Shown here: one piece after another, positions 29,521 to 38,866 of the stretch
Position numbering within the stretch: position 1 is the stretch's first letter
Layout: each line of letters begins with the position of its first letter
From: Candidatus Omnitrophota bacterium
Lineage (GTDB): Bacteria; Omnitrophota; Gorgyraeia; Gygaellales; Profunditerraquicolaceae
NCBI GenBank assembly: GCA_041661605.1
Contig: JBAZUE010000001.1
Coordinates: 287,467-351,466 of the forward strand
DNA length: 64,000 nt
Reading direction: 5' to 3'
Notes under the pieces: generated by a model
Databases searched by the model: none
Seen by the model: the letters and a program-made list of their open reading frames with translations, nothing else
Told to the model about the DNA's origin: nothing
Made by a program: the position numbers and the translations under genes

Positions 29521-29871
29521 ATGGCCATTTTACCAAAAGAAAAGGATTATCGTCGTTTCCCGAGGGTGGATTCCCGCCTGCCGGTTCGTTATCAGCTTGG
29601 CGGCGGCCAGGATTTTGATAATGTTCTCTGTAACGACATCAGCTGTGGCGGTATAAAGTTCACCAGCGAAAGGTTTATTCCTACTTCTACCCCGGTAATG
29701 CTTGAAATAAATGTTTTAAACCGCCTGATAAGGCCTATCGGCAAGATATCCTGGTCAACTCCGCTGGCTCATTCTGACCGCAATCAAATGGGTATAGAAT
29801 TTACGGATTTTAATGTACTGGAAAGAAATTATCTTAAAGATTTTGTGAACATGCAGTTGGGGCAAATTTAA
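29521..29871 (+). CDS. PilZ domain protein
   Basis: RRFPR (RxxxR) and NDISCGG (D/NxSxxG) motifs. Start moved to ATG 29521. Confidence 0.85.
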   Translation: MAILPKEKDYRRFPRVDSRLPVRYQLGGGQDFDNVLCNDISCGGIKFTSERFIPTSTPVMLEINVLNRLIRPIGKISWSTPLAHSDRNQMGIEFTDFNVLERNYLKDFVNMQLGQI

Positions 29872-29893
29872 CTCAATGAAAGGAAAATTATAA

Positions 29894-30091
29894 ATGGCAG
29901 CTGAAGCAGTTAAAGAGGCGCAGGCGGAAGTAAAACCAAAGGCAGAAAAACAGACTAATTGTCTGGCTTGTAATAAATTGATTAAAAAGTTAAAAAGATA
30001 TTATCGTAACGGGAAATTCTATTGCAGTAAAAAATGCTGGCGCGCCTTTCTTGATAAAAACAAGGCAGGGGCAGCAGAAGATAAAAAATAA
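29894..30091 (+). CDS. small Lys-rich zinc-ribbon protein
   Basis: CLAC...CSKKC four-Cys pattern, 65 aa, good upstream AGGA. Confidence 0.5.
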   Translation: MAAEAVKEAQAEVKPKAEKQTNCLACNKLIKKLKRYYRNGKFYCSKKCWRAFLDKNKAGAAEDKK

Positions 30092-30438
30092 TGAAGACTG
30101 TTAAAGAACGCAGGGTTCATCCACGTTTAGAGCATAAGCTGCCGTTTAATGTCGCGGTAAACGGATATGATTTCTCCACTACTACGCATAACATAAGCTG
30201 CGTCGGGGCTTATTGCCACCTGGAAAAGTATATCCCGCCTTTTACTAAGATTTCCGTAAAACTGAGCCTGCCCAGCAAGGGCCAGGCAGACAAAAATGCC
30301 ATTGTCGAATGTAAGGGCGTGGTTGTAAGAAGCGAAGATGAGACCGAAGGCGGTTTTAACATCGCCATATTCTTTAATCAAATGCGCGATGGGGAACGTA
30401 AGAAAATCACTGCGTATATAAACAGGTTCCTGCATTAA
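30091..30438 (+). CDS. PilZ domain protein
   Basis: RRVHPR and HNISCVG motifs. Confidence 0.8.
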   Translation: MKTVKERRVHPRLEHKLPFNVAVNGYDFSTTTHNISCVGAYCHLEKYIPPFTKISVKLSLPSKGQADKNAIVECKGVVVRSEDETEGGFNIAIFFNQMRDGERKKITAYINRFLH

Positions 30439-30960
30439 TTGCTATTGGGAAAAGCCAGAAAATACAATCAGCTCGGCAAGCTTATCATAGGCTTCATCTA
30501 TAAGGATGAGGCTATTTTTATAAAATCCAGGGATAAATTAAAAAAGATATTCGGTAGGATTGATTTAGAATCTGGCCCCATTGATTTCAATTACACTCAT
30601 TATTATGAAAAGGAGATGGGGGCTGGATTAAAAAGAAGGTTTATCAGTTTTGGCAAATTAATCCCTATCCAGGATTTATACCGCATCAAACTTTATACCA
30701 ACAGGCTTGAAGCAAAATTCTCAAACTCCGGGAAGCGCCAGGTGAACATTGATCCGGGGTATGTGGATTTGGCCAAACTAGTGCTTGCCTCGACTAAAGA
30801 TTACGCTCACAGGATATATTTACGTAAAGGTATTTTTGCCGAGATAACGCTAAGTTACAGAAGTAACTCATTTGTTCCTAATGATTGGACCTATCCGGAT
30901 TATCGCAGCCAGGAGTATATTGATATTTTTAATAAAGTAAGGAAACTCTATGCCTCATAA
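30439..30960 (+). CDS. DUF4416-like protein (tentative)
   Basis: TTG start. About 170 aa with a DPGYVDLAKLVLASTKDYAHRIYL segment, which I recall as DUF4416. Confidence 0.45.
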   Translation: MLLGKARKYNQLGKLIIGFIYKDEAIFIKSRDKLKKIFGRIDLESGPIDFNYTHYYEKEMGAGLKRRFISFGKLIPIQDLYRIKLYTNRLEAKFSNSGKRQVNIDPGYVDLAKLVLASTKDYAHRIYLRKGIFAEITLSYRSNSFVPNDWTYPDYRSQEYIDIFNKVRKLYAS

Positions 30961-31930
30961 AAATGGCCCCCTGTTAAAATATCCTTCATATCTTGAGTCA
31001 AGTAAAAACGGTAAATTAAAGATAGTCACTGAAAAGCTTTTTGCCGGTCTTAAATCATGCGATATCTGCCCCCGGAGTTGTAAGGTTAACCGCCTGGAAG
31101 GTAAGGTCGGTTTTTGCAAGACCGCTGTATTGCCGAAGGTCTATAGTTTTATGTGCCACTACGGCGAGGAGCCGCCTGTATCAGGCTCCAAGGGCAGCGG
31201 CACAATATTCTTTAGCCATTGCAATATGGGCTGCGTATACTGCCAGAATTATGAATTCAGCCAATTAGGAAAAGGCAGGGAGTATGAATTTACGGAGCTG
31301 GCGCAGATAATGTTGACTCTTCAGGAATCAGGTTGTCATAATATTAACCTTGTTACGCCAACTCATGTTTTGCCGCAGATACTTAAAGCTTTGGAGCTGG
31401 CTATTGCAGGAGGATTAAAAATACCATTGGTTTATAATACCAGCGGTTATGAATCGTCTCAAATTTTAAAATTGCTTGATGGGATAGTGGATATATATCT
31501 TGCGGATATGCGTTACGCAGATAGAGAGATTTCGCGTAAGCTTTCATCGGCTCCTGACTATCCGCAATACAACCAGGAGGCGATAAAAGAGATGCACCGT
31601 CAGGTTGGTCTGGCAGAGTTTAATGAAGAAGGGCTAATTAAAAAAGGATTGATTATAAGGCATCTTGTATTACCAAACCATGCTTCTGGAACGGACAAAA
31701 TTATGCAGTTTATTGCCAAAGATATTTCCGTGGATACGTATATTAGTTTAATGAGCCAGTATTTGCCTTATTATAAGGCTTCTGCTTATCCGCAGATCAG
31801 CCGGCGCCTGAATAATGAGGAATATGAAGAGGCCAAAAAAATACTTGAACGATATAATCTGCTTAATGGCTGGATCCAGGAATCATACGGCTCAGAGCGT
31901 TTTGCCGGAGTAAATATTAAACCTGTCTAA
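30950..31930 (+). CDS. radical SAM protein, PflX (COG1313)-like
   Basis: CDICPRSCKVNRLEGKVGFC N-terminal cluster plus the CNMGCVYC radical SAM motif. Confidence 0.8.
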   Translation: MPHKNGPLLKYPSYLESSKNGKLKIVTEKLFAGLKSCDICPRSCKVNRLEGKVGFCKTAVLPKVYSFMCHYGEEPPVSGSKGSGTIFFSHCNMGCVYCQNYEFSQLGKGREYEFTELAQIMLTLQESGCHNINLVTPTHVLPQILKALELAIAGGLKIPLVYNTSGYESSQILKLLDGIVDIYLADMRYADREISRKLSSAPDYPQYNQEAIKEMHRQVGLAEFNEEGLIKKGLIIRHLVLPNHASGTDKIMQFIAKDISVDTYISLMSQYLPYYKASAYPQISRRLNNEEYEEAKKILERYNLLNGWIQESYGSERFAGVNIKPV

Positions 31931-31932
31931 AT

Positions 31933-32418
31933 ATGAGTAAAGAATCAATTTTCAGGAAGATTATTAATTTCATCTTTGCCAAGTTATTTAAGATCAATGA
32001 CTCTGCGCAGAAGATCGCTTTAGGGGTTGGTTTAGGTGTATTTTCAGGGATTATCCCGGGAACCGGCCCGGCCGCGGCACTATTTTTGGCCTTTGTTTTC
32101 CGGGCTAACCGGGCTGCCGCGTTGTTGGGGAGCATATTGACCAATACCTGGCTTAGCGTGGTAACTTTTATTTTAGCGATAAAAATCGGCTCTATTGTAC
32201 TTAGCAGGCATTGGCAGGAAGTATATCAGAAGGCTCAAGGCCTAATCCGTGGTTTTCACTGGGGGAGTTTTTTGAAACTTTCTTTACTGGATGTGGTTTT
32301 GCCGGTTATGACCGGATATTTGATTATTGGTTTATTTTTAGGGCTGGCCAGCTACCTGGTATCTCTTCTGATAATCAGAAGAAGCTTCTATAAAAGTAAC
32401 CCTGGATCAGCAGCTTAG
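31933..32418 (+). CDS. DUF2062 domain membrane protein
   Basis: KIALGVGLGVFSGIIPGTGP motif and several TM helices. Confidence 0.7.
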   Translation: MSKESIFRKIINFIFAKLFKINDSAQKIALGVGLGVFSGIIPGTGPAAALFLAFVFRANRAAALLGSILTNTWLSVVTFILAIKIGSIVLSRHWQEVYQKAQGLIRGFHWGSFLKLSLLDVVLPVMTGYLIIGLFLGLASYLVSLLIIRRSFYKSNPGSAA

Positions 32419-32470
32419 CGTTTATTGTCCCTGAGAGAATAACCGTGGGGGTATTTTTATAATTAATTAT

Positions 32471-32498
32471 TTGACATTGTAACTTATAATATTATAAT
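32471..32498 (+). promoter_or_regulatory. sigma-70 promoter of the envelope lipoprotein cluster
   Basis: TTGACA 32471-32476, 16-nt spacer, TATAAT 32493-32498. Confidence 0.6.
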
Positions 32499-32536
32499 GA
32501 ATCAATAATCTTTTGTTATTGGAGATTGACAAAAAT

Positions 32537-34066
32537 ATGCATCTTAGAGTGGGTAAGTTAATCCTCGCTACCCTTATCGTTTTTTCAATTACCTTTCCTG
32601 TTTTTGCTAAAGGAACTCAAAATTCCAATCCCGAAGAAGTAAAATACAGCCCAAAAAATCTGGTTGATGAAGACGCCATGCAGGCAGAGATGGATTTTTA
32701 TGCCGGTAATGACCATGAAGCAGAGTTGATCTTTAAGGGTTTGAAAGCAAAAAAAGATCACGATGTCGCGCTCTGGAGCAATCAATTGGGCTCCTTGTAT
32801 TTGACTCAGGGCAAAACCAAGGAAGCCGAAGAGTCTTTTATGGATGCCTATCTTGTGATGAATAATATCGCTGCTTTTAAGGATTTGGAATTACATTCTG
32901 TGGGGTTAATGGGAGCTGAGGCGACTAAGGCGTATAAAGGTGACCCCTACGAGAAAGTATTTAATTCTTTTTATGTAGGAATCCTTCTTTGTTCAAGTAA
33001 CGATTTTGAAAATGCGCTGGCTGCTTTTAAGAACGGAATCTTATGCGATTCCGATGTAGAATGTAATCTTTATAAGAGTGACGTAACCTTGCTCTATTTG
33101 ATGGCTTCCCGTCTTGAATCCCTTCAGAAAAACCAATCCCTGGCGGATGATTATTTTAAGCAGGCCAAAGAAGCCTTTAATCTTTCTTACCCGGATAACC
33201 GCCAGTTCGTCTCACAAGAACAGGGTTTATTGGATGATTTAACCAAGAAACAGAAAATTCTCTCTGATAAAGAAGCTCCGTATAAAAATGGGGCCGTGGC
33301 AGAAGCTGCCTCTCAGGGGCAAGGAAAGAATTCCGCTGGAGAAAAGAAGGCAAAGAAGATGCCTGCTAAAGAGGAAAAAGAAATTAATGTTTTAAAGTCA
33401 GATATCTCTAAACTTGAAGCTGATATTAAGGCGTTAGCGGATACGATAGAGGAAAATGGCCGTAAGATTGCAACAACAAGCCTAAATGATTTAGTTAATC
33501 TTAATAATAATACCTTGTTATGCATTGAAACAGGAAGGAGCCCGCTTAAATATCAGGTAGGCAACTATGGAGAAAAGGCGGTTTTTACTATAAAACCTTA
33601 TCGAAGCAGAGGATTTAGCGTTACTGTTGATAATTTTATCAAGATTAAAACGGAGAGTTTCCTTAAAAACAACGACGTTTATTATCAGGCTTCTACCCGT
33701 GGCGGCAGGGTTATGGACGGCATATTAAAAGGTAAGGCAGATTTTAAGAAGACGACCGCGGATGTTTCGAATTTACTTTCTAATGTGTCGCAGGTATATG
33801 ATCCTTACGGCGTATTATCGCTTTTTAGTTTAGCTGCGGGGGCTGTCAGTAACGCTACTAATCCTTATGCTGACGCTAGGCATTGGAGCTTACTGCCTGC
33901 GGAAATTCAGCTGGTCCCCATGCACTTAGATCCCGGGAAGCATAAGATACAAATTGATGCATATGATTCTGCTGGAAAAATAATTGAGAGTTATAAAACA
34001 GAGATTGAAATTACGGATATTCCTAATAACATTATTTTTAAACGATTCCGCGAGAAAACATTATAA
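32537..34066 (+). CDS. large secreted protein with TPR-like N-terminal region, function unknown
   Basis: ATG 32537 follows GGAG and lies downstream of the promoter; the track start 32513 (TTG) is less likely. Signal peptide ...FPVFA, TPR-like helices and a Lys/Glu-rich coiled segment. Confidence 0.6.
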   Translation: MHLRVGKLILATLIVFSITFPVFAKGTQNSNPEEVKYSPKNLVDEDAMQAEMDFYAGNDHEAELIFKGLKAKKDHDVALWSNQLGSLYLTQGKTKEAEESFMDAYLVMNNIAAFKDLELHSVGLMGAEATKAYKGDPYEKVFNSFYVGILLCSSNDFENALAAFKNGILCDSDVECNLYKSDVTLLYLMASRLESLQKNQSLADDYFKQAKEAFNLSYPDNRQFVSQEQGLLDDLTKKQKILSDKEAPYKNGAVAEAASQGQGKNSAGEKKAKKMPAKEEKEINVLKSDISKLEADIKALADTIEENGRKIATTSLNDLVNLNNNTLLCIETGRSPLKYQVGNYGEKAVFTIKPYRSRGFSVTVDNFIKIKTESFLKNNDVYYQASTRGGRVMDGILKGKADFKKTTADVSNLLSNVSQVYDPYGVLSLFSLAAGAVSNATNPYADARHWSLLPAEIQLVPMHLDPGKHKIQIDAYDSAGKIIESYKTEIEITDIPNNIIFKRFREKTL

Positions 34067-34067
34067 A

Positions 34068-34634
34068 ATGAAAAAAACATTCCTTATTATTGCATCGGTT
34101 TTCTTCCTTTCCGGCTGCGCTGTCGTTAACCCGTATGTCTTGACTAAGAATCAAACTAATCTTGATTTGAGCAATAACCGGGGAGTAGCCCTATTTACCT
34201 TAAGAATAAAGAATTCAGGGAGCGACCACCTTTTTTTGTCGTCCTTTGCGGTTCGCGAAGCCAATCAGTATAAATCTTACAACACATTAGGCTATTATTA
34301 TATACCGCTTACCGGGGAAAACTATTCTGCCTCGGACGACTTATATTTTTGCACCGCGGTTCTCACCAGGGGTATATACCGGCTGGATTCGTTTAGTGGA
34401 TTGACTAATTCTTTTTTTAGTGCTCCGTATACGCTAAAAGGTGATAAGATTTTTGACGTGTATCCCAATAAGATAAACTATATAGGCAGTCTTGACTTCG
34501 GCGATTTAGACACTAAAATTGCGCTTATCTCTTTAAAAGGACTGAAAGATAGCTACGAGCAGGATGTAAAGAAATTTAAGGAAATCTTTCCGGTGTTAAA
34601 AGATAAAGAAATCGGTAAAGATTTATTCTATTAG
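34068..34634 (+). CDS. lipoprotein, function unknown
   Basis: Start moved to ATG 34068. Lipobox FLSGCAV. Confidence 0.65.
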   Translation: MKKTFLIIASVFFLSGCAVVNPYVLTKNQTNLDLSNNRGVALFTLRIKNSGSDHLFLSSFAVREANQYKSYNTLGYYYIPLTGENYSASDDLYFCTAVLTRGIYRLDSFSGLTNSFFSAPYTLKGDKIFDVYPNKINYIGSLDFGDLDTKIALISLKGLKDSYEQDVKKFKEIFPVLKDKEIGKDLFY

Positions 34635-34646
34635 AAAGGAGCGGTA

Positions 34647-35246
34647 ATGAGGCTTTCAGTGATTATTTTTGGGGCGTTTTGTTTATTTTTAGCGGCAGGA
34701 TGTTCAACAGTAGAGACTTCTTATACTAAAACTATCCAGCCTGACCAGGATGACGGGTTGGGCGGAACAGGCATAGAATCTACGGATATCCGCACTGTTG
34801 CCAGAAATATGGCTGCTTCAATATTGGATGTTCCGCAAATATCAAGGGTTCAAGGCGCTGCGCCTAAAGTAGCGCTTTTGCCCGTGAAGAACTCTACGCG
34901 TTTTATAATCAATAAAGATATATTTACCAAGAAAATCCGTATTGAGCTTAATCAAAACGCAATGGGTAAAATTACTTTTCTTGCCCGCGACCGGATGGAT
35001 GATATTTTAAAGGAAAGGCAAGCCAAGCGCGATGGTTTAGTCGGCTCAAGTAAACAAGAAGATATAAAGGGGGTAGATTTCTATCTTACCGGAGAATTAA
35101 TGGGGCTGAGCAAGGCTAATAACGGGGATAGGTCGGATTATATCTCAATGTCATTCCAGCTTATTGATGCCGAAACTTCAGAGGTTGTCTGGGAAAATGA
35201 ATATGAAGTCAAGCGCGTAGGAACGGCAGGGGTTGTTTATCAATAA
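34647..35246 (+). CDS. LpoB-like (COG3417) lipoprotein
   Basis: Lipobox LAAGCS. GGTGIESTDIRTVARNMAASIL and YLTGEL...SFQLIDAETSEVVW segments fit the penicillin-binding protein activator LpoB family. Confidence 0.7.
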   Translation: MRLSVIIFGAFCLFLAAGCSTVETSYTKTIQPDQDDGLGGTGIESTDIRTVARNMAASILDVPQISRVQGAAPKVALLPVKNSTRFIINKDIFTKKIRIELNQNAMGKITFLARDRMDDILKERQAKRDGLVGSSKQEDIKGVDFYLTGELMGLSKANNGDRSDYISMSFQLIDAETSEVVWENEYEVKRVGTAGVVYQ

Positions 35247-35269
35247 ACTTTATTGAGGAGATAACAGCT

Positions 35270-35677
35270 ATGTGGAAAAAAATGTTGTTGTTGGTTTTAT
35301 CGATTTCAATCGCAGGCTGTGCGTCGGTTCCGGCTAAAGGGATCAAGCCTAAAAAAGCATCCCAGCTTTATGAAGAGACTGAAACCTTTGTCTATCTCAG
35401 TAAGGGTTTAAATAAACAGCTGATGCTGGCAGACCAGGCAATATCAGCCACCGAAGACGGCAGGTTAGTAGTAAAAGCCAAATTGTTTAATAAACTGGCT
35501 GAGGATTTGCGCGCGCAGATCCAGACCATTTTTAAAGATAAAGACGGTTATCCTACCGGTGATGAGACGAACTGGGAATTAGTTGTCATTCCGCATAATG
35601 CTTATTATTACTATGAAGCTAAAGCTATGAATACAAAGGCCGAGAAGTATGTTACACGCTGCCGTTATGCCGAATAA
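35270..35677 (+). CDS. YcfL-like (DUF1425) lipoprotein
   Basis: Lipobox IAGCAS, about 130 aa beta-rich. Adjacent to the LpoB-like gene, matching the E. coli ycfL-lpoB pairing. Confidence 0.5.
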   Translation: MWKKMLLLVLSISIAGCASVPAKGIKPKKASQLYEETETFVYLSKGLNKQLMLADQAISATEDGRLVVKAKLFNKLAEDLRAQIQTIFKDKDGYPTGDETNWELVVIPHNAYYYYEAKAMNTKAEKYVTRCRYAE

Positions 35678-35692
35678 GGGGGAAAAATAGCT

Positions 35693-37321
35693 ATGGTTAA
35701 AAATATTTCAATTTTCTTGGCAGGGTTAGGCTTTTTAATTTTAAGCGGATCCGGAGTTTTTGGGCAGGAGCAGCAAGAGAATAAAACATACAACTATGAG
35801 CAGAAGGCCGTCAGTAAAATTGTTAAGAAGGATTTAAGGATTACGGCTGCGGTTTTTGTATCCGAGAACAATCTAAAATATAAAGACAGCCTCTTTAATC
35901 CTCCGCAAGAGGAATTGCTTCAGGCAAACGCTATTTCTGTAGATAGGGCTGATATTAAAATTGATAATAGTCAGAAACAACCAGAAAAGAAAACTGATTC
36001 GGAACTGGTAACCGGTCTTTTAACTAACGCTTTGCGTGAAAGCGGGAAAATTTCCGTTATTGAACGGCAGGATATTAATGCTATTTTACGAGAGGCGGAG
36101 TTTAGTAATTCTAAATGGGTTAATTCTGAGCAGGCGGCTAAAATAGGAAATATCTATGGTGTTAAATATATTATAATTGCGAATCTGCTTAAGGGGCAAG
36201 CAGGGGAAAGGGTTGCCCCGAATAATTATGTTTTGGCTTTACGTTTGTGCGAAGTTGAAACCGGCAATATATCTTCTACGGGACAGGGCGATGGCCAGAC
36301 AGTAAGAGATGCGGTTATTAATGCCGTAAAGGATTTCTCTTCTAAAATTAATAGCCAACCTTGGAGTTCGCGTATTATTAAAATTGAAGAAGGTTTTGTA
36401 TATCTTGGCGCAGGAAGCGCCGAGGGATTAGAAAATAAAGATGTATTGGAGGTCTATAAGTTAAAAAGTAAGATCGTTGATCCTGAAACAAACAAAGTTT
36501 TAGGTTCAGATAAGACAAGAATAGGCAGGCTTGAGATAGTTGATATTTTGAGTCCTGATTTGTCCAAAGCTAGAGTTTTGGAGTCTTCGGAACCTATTAC
36601 TACGGATTTTATTGTTCAGGCAAGCTCAACGCTGGATGCCGGCACTGATGAGGCAGGAAAATGGAAGAAAATTTATGGAGATGTTTCTTTAGATAAGCCT
36701 AAGACTGAAGCATCTAAGGGTGCTATCTCTTCCTCTGATAGTTCCGCCGAAAATATGAGCATGTCAATTGAAGGGTTGGTTCAGCTTGCTAGCCCGGCAA
36801 TAGTTATGATTACCACCGTCAGCAATACCGGTGGCGCCCTGGGCAGCGGTTTTCTTATTAGTTCTGATGGAACCATTGTTACCAATTATCATGTTATTAA
36901 GGGAGCGGAAGGCCTGGGCGTAAAATTTGCACAGGAAAAAGAGTTAATTACCAATGTAAGCGTAATAAAAACCGATGCTATCCGGGATATAGCTTTGATT
37001 AAAATCAACACCCCGGTTAATGCCGCTCCTTTGTCTTTGGGAGATTCAGAGCAAATATCTGTAGGTGAGCGTGTAGTTGCTATTGGTAACCCGCAGGGAT
37101 TACAGAATACAGTATCTGACGGACTAGTGAGCGCGGTGCGTGATGCCGGAGGTGTAAAACAAATTCAGATTAGCGTGCCTATCTCCCATGGCTCAAGCGG
37201 AGGCGCGCTGATAAATATGCGCGGACAGGCTATCGGAATTACTTCTTCAGGTTATGATCAGGCGCAGAACCTGAATTTTGCTATTCCTATAAATTACGTT
37301 AAAGAATACCTGCAGCAGTAA
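35693..37321 (+). CDS. secreted fusion protein: CsgG/FlgT-N-like domain + beta-barrel middle domain + trypsin-like (S1C) serine protease
   Basis: GKISVIERQDINAILREAEFSNSKW...YGVKYIIIANL is CsgG-like. C-terminus has TNYHVI, DIALIKI and SHGSSGGALIN, a His/Asp/Ser triad context. Confidence 0.7.
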   Translation: MVKNISIFLAGLGFLILSGSGVFGQEQQENKTYNYEQKAVSKIVKKDLRITAAVFVSENNLKYKDSLFNPPQEELLQANAISVDRADIKIDNSQKQPEKKTDSELVTGLLTNALRESGKISVIERQDINAILREAEFSNSKWVNSEQAAKIGNIYGVKYIIIANLLKGQAGERVAPNNYVLALRLCEVETGNISSTGQGDGQTVRDAVINAVKDFSSKINSQPWSSRIIKIEEGFVYLGAGSAEGLENKDVLEVYKLKSKIVDPETNKVLGSDKTRIGRLEIVDILSPDLSKARVLESSEPITTDFIVQASSTLDAGTDEAGKWKKIYGDVSLDKPKTEASKGAISSSDSSAENMSMSIEGLVQLASPAIVMITTVSNTGGALGSGFLISSDGTIVTNYHVIKGAEGLGVKFAQEKELITNVSVIKTDAIRDIALIKINTPVNAAPLSLGDSEQISVGERVVAIGNPQGLQNTVSDGLVSAVRDAGGVKQIQISVPISHGSSGGALINMRGQAIGITSSGYDQAQNLNFAIPINYVKEYLQQ

Positions 37322-37494
37322 ACCGTTTTCATCCTCTAATCCATCCATAACTGTTTTTGGATTCCTAAAATTTACAACTGACTCTTAAGTTATATTTAGC
37401 AAGATAGTCTTATAATAGAATGATTTTTTAAGCTTGCTAAAAATAAAATTAAGAGTTAAAATAAGTAAAAATTTAAGATTAAGGGGAGGTTTTC

Positions 37495-38241
37495 ATGAAG
37501 AAGTTAGTCTTGCTGCGCCACGGAGAAAGCACCTGGAATAGAGAGAACCGTTTTACCGGATGGACTGATGTGGATTTATCCGGACAGGGTATTCAAGAGG
37601 CAAAGAAAGCCGGAGAGGTGCTTAAAAAGGAAGGTTTTGTTTTTGATATAGCTTTTACTTCAGTATTAAAAAGAGCCATCCGTACCCTCTGGCTGACACT
37701 TGATGAAATGGATTTAATGTGGATACCGGTTTATAATTCCTGGCGGCTTAATGAAAGGCATTATGGGGCTCTGCAGGGATTAAATAAATCCGAGACTGCG
37801 GCTAAATATGGCGAAGAGCAGGTTTTGATCTGGAGAAGAAGTTATGATACCCCGCCTATGCCTTTGGATAAAAATGATCCGCGTTATCCGGGTAATGATC
37901 CGCGATACAAAGAGCTCAAATCACAAGAGATTCCTCTTACGGAATGTCTAAAAGACACAGTGGAGCGTTTCCTGCCTTATTGGCATAAAACTATTGCTCC
38001 GGCCGTGAAAAGCGGAAAGCGCGTAATCATCGCCGCTCACGGTAATTCTCTGCGCGCCTTGGTTAAATACCTGGATAATATTTCCGAAGATAAAATAGTC
38101 AATTTAAATATTCCTACAGCCATGCCTCTGGTTTATGAACTGGAAGATAACTTAAAACCGATTAAAAGTTATTACCTTGGTGATCCTGAAGCAGTAAAGA
38201 AGGCTATGGATGCTGTGGCAAATCAGGGCAAGGCAAAATAG
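37495..38241 (+). CDS. gpmA: 2,3-bisphosphoglycerate-dependent phosphoglycerate mutase
   Basis: [17 protein letters not shown] and [10 protein letters not shown] motifs. Confidence 0.95.
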   Translation: MKKLVLLRHGESTWNRENRFTGWTDVDLSGQGIQEAKKAGEVLKKEGFVFDIAFTSVLKRAIRTLWLTLDEMDLMWIPVYNSWRLNERHYGALQGLNKSETAAKYGEEQVLIWRRSYDTPPMPLDKNDPRYPGNDPRYKELKSQEIPLTECLKDTVERFLPYWHKTIAPAVKSGKRVIIAAHGNSLRALVKYLDNISEDKIVNLNIPTAMPLVYELEDNLKPIKSYYLGDPEAVKKAMDAVANQGKAK

Positions 38242-38251
38242 GGGGTATGTA

Positions 38252-38830
38252 ATGAGCAAATCAATCAAAGGTACAAAAACAGAGCAGAATTTACTTAAAT
38301 CTTTTGCGGGTGAGTCTCAGGCGCGTAATCGCTATACGTATTTTGCTTCAGTTGCCAAAAAAGAAGGCCTGGTGCAGATCTCCAATATTTTTACGGAAAC
38401 CGCGGAAAACGAGAAAGAGCACGCCAAGGTATTTTTTAAACACCTTGAAGGCGGGGATGTGGAGATTACCGCGGTTTATCCTGCCGGCATCATAAAGGAT
38501 ACAAAAACTAATTTAGAAGCAGCAGCAGCAGGCGAAAACATGGAGTGGACTATGCTATATGCCGACTTCGCCAAGATCGCAAAAGATGAAGGCTTCCCGG
38601 AGATAGCCCGCTCATTTGAACAAGTAGCCAAGGTTGAGAGGTTTCACGAATTCCGTTATCGCAAATTAATTAATAATCTTGTTAACAGCGAGGTATTTAA
38701 GAAGAGATCAAGTATAAAATGGCACTGTACTAATTGTGGTTATGTTTTTGAAGGAGTTGAAGCTCCTAAAGAGTGCCCTGCCTGTAAACATCCGCAGGCT
38801 TTTTTTGAAGTTCTTGCAGAGAATTATTAA
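38252..38830 (+). CDS. rbr: rubrerythrin
   Basis: Start moved to ATG 38252. Ferritin-like diiron domain plus C-terminal rubredoxin CTNCG...CPAC. Confidence 0.9.
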   Translation: MSKSIKGTKTEQNLLKSFAGESQARNRYTYFASVAKKEGLVQISNIFTETAENEKEHAKVFFKHLEGGDVEITAVYPAGIIKDTKTNLEAAAAGENMEWTMLYADFAKIAKDEGFPEIARSFEQVAKVERFHEFRYRKLINNLVNSEVFKKRSSIKWHCTNCGYVFEGVEAPKECPACKHPQAFFEVLAENY

Positions 38831-38866
38831 TTAAGGGATATTGATGAAGCTAAGAAAGGAGCATAG

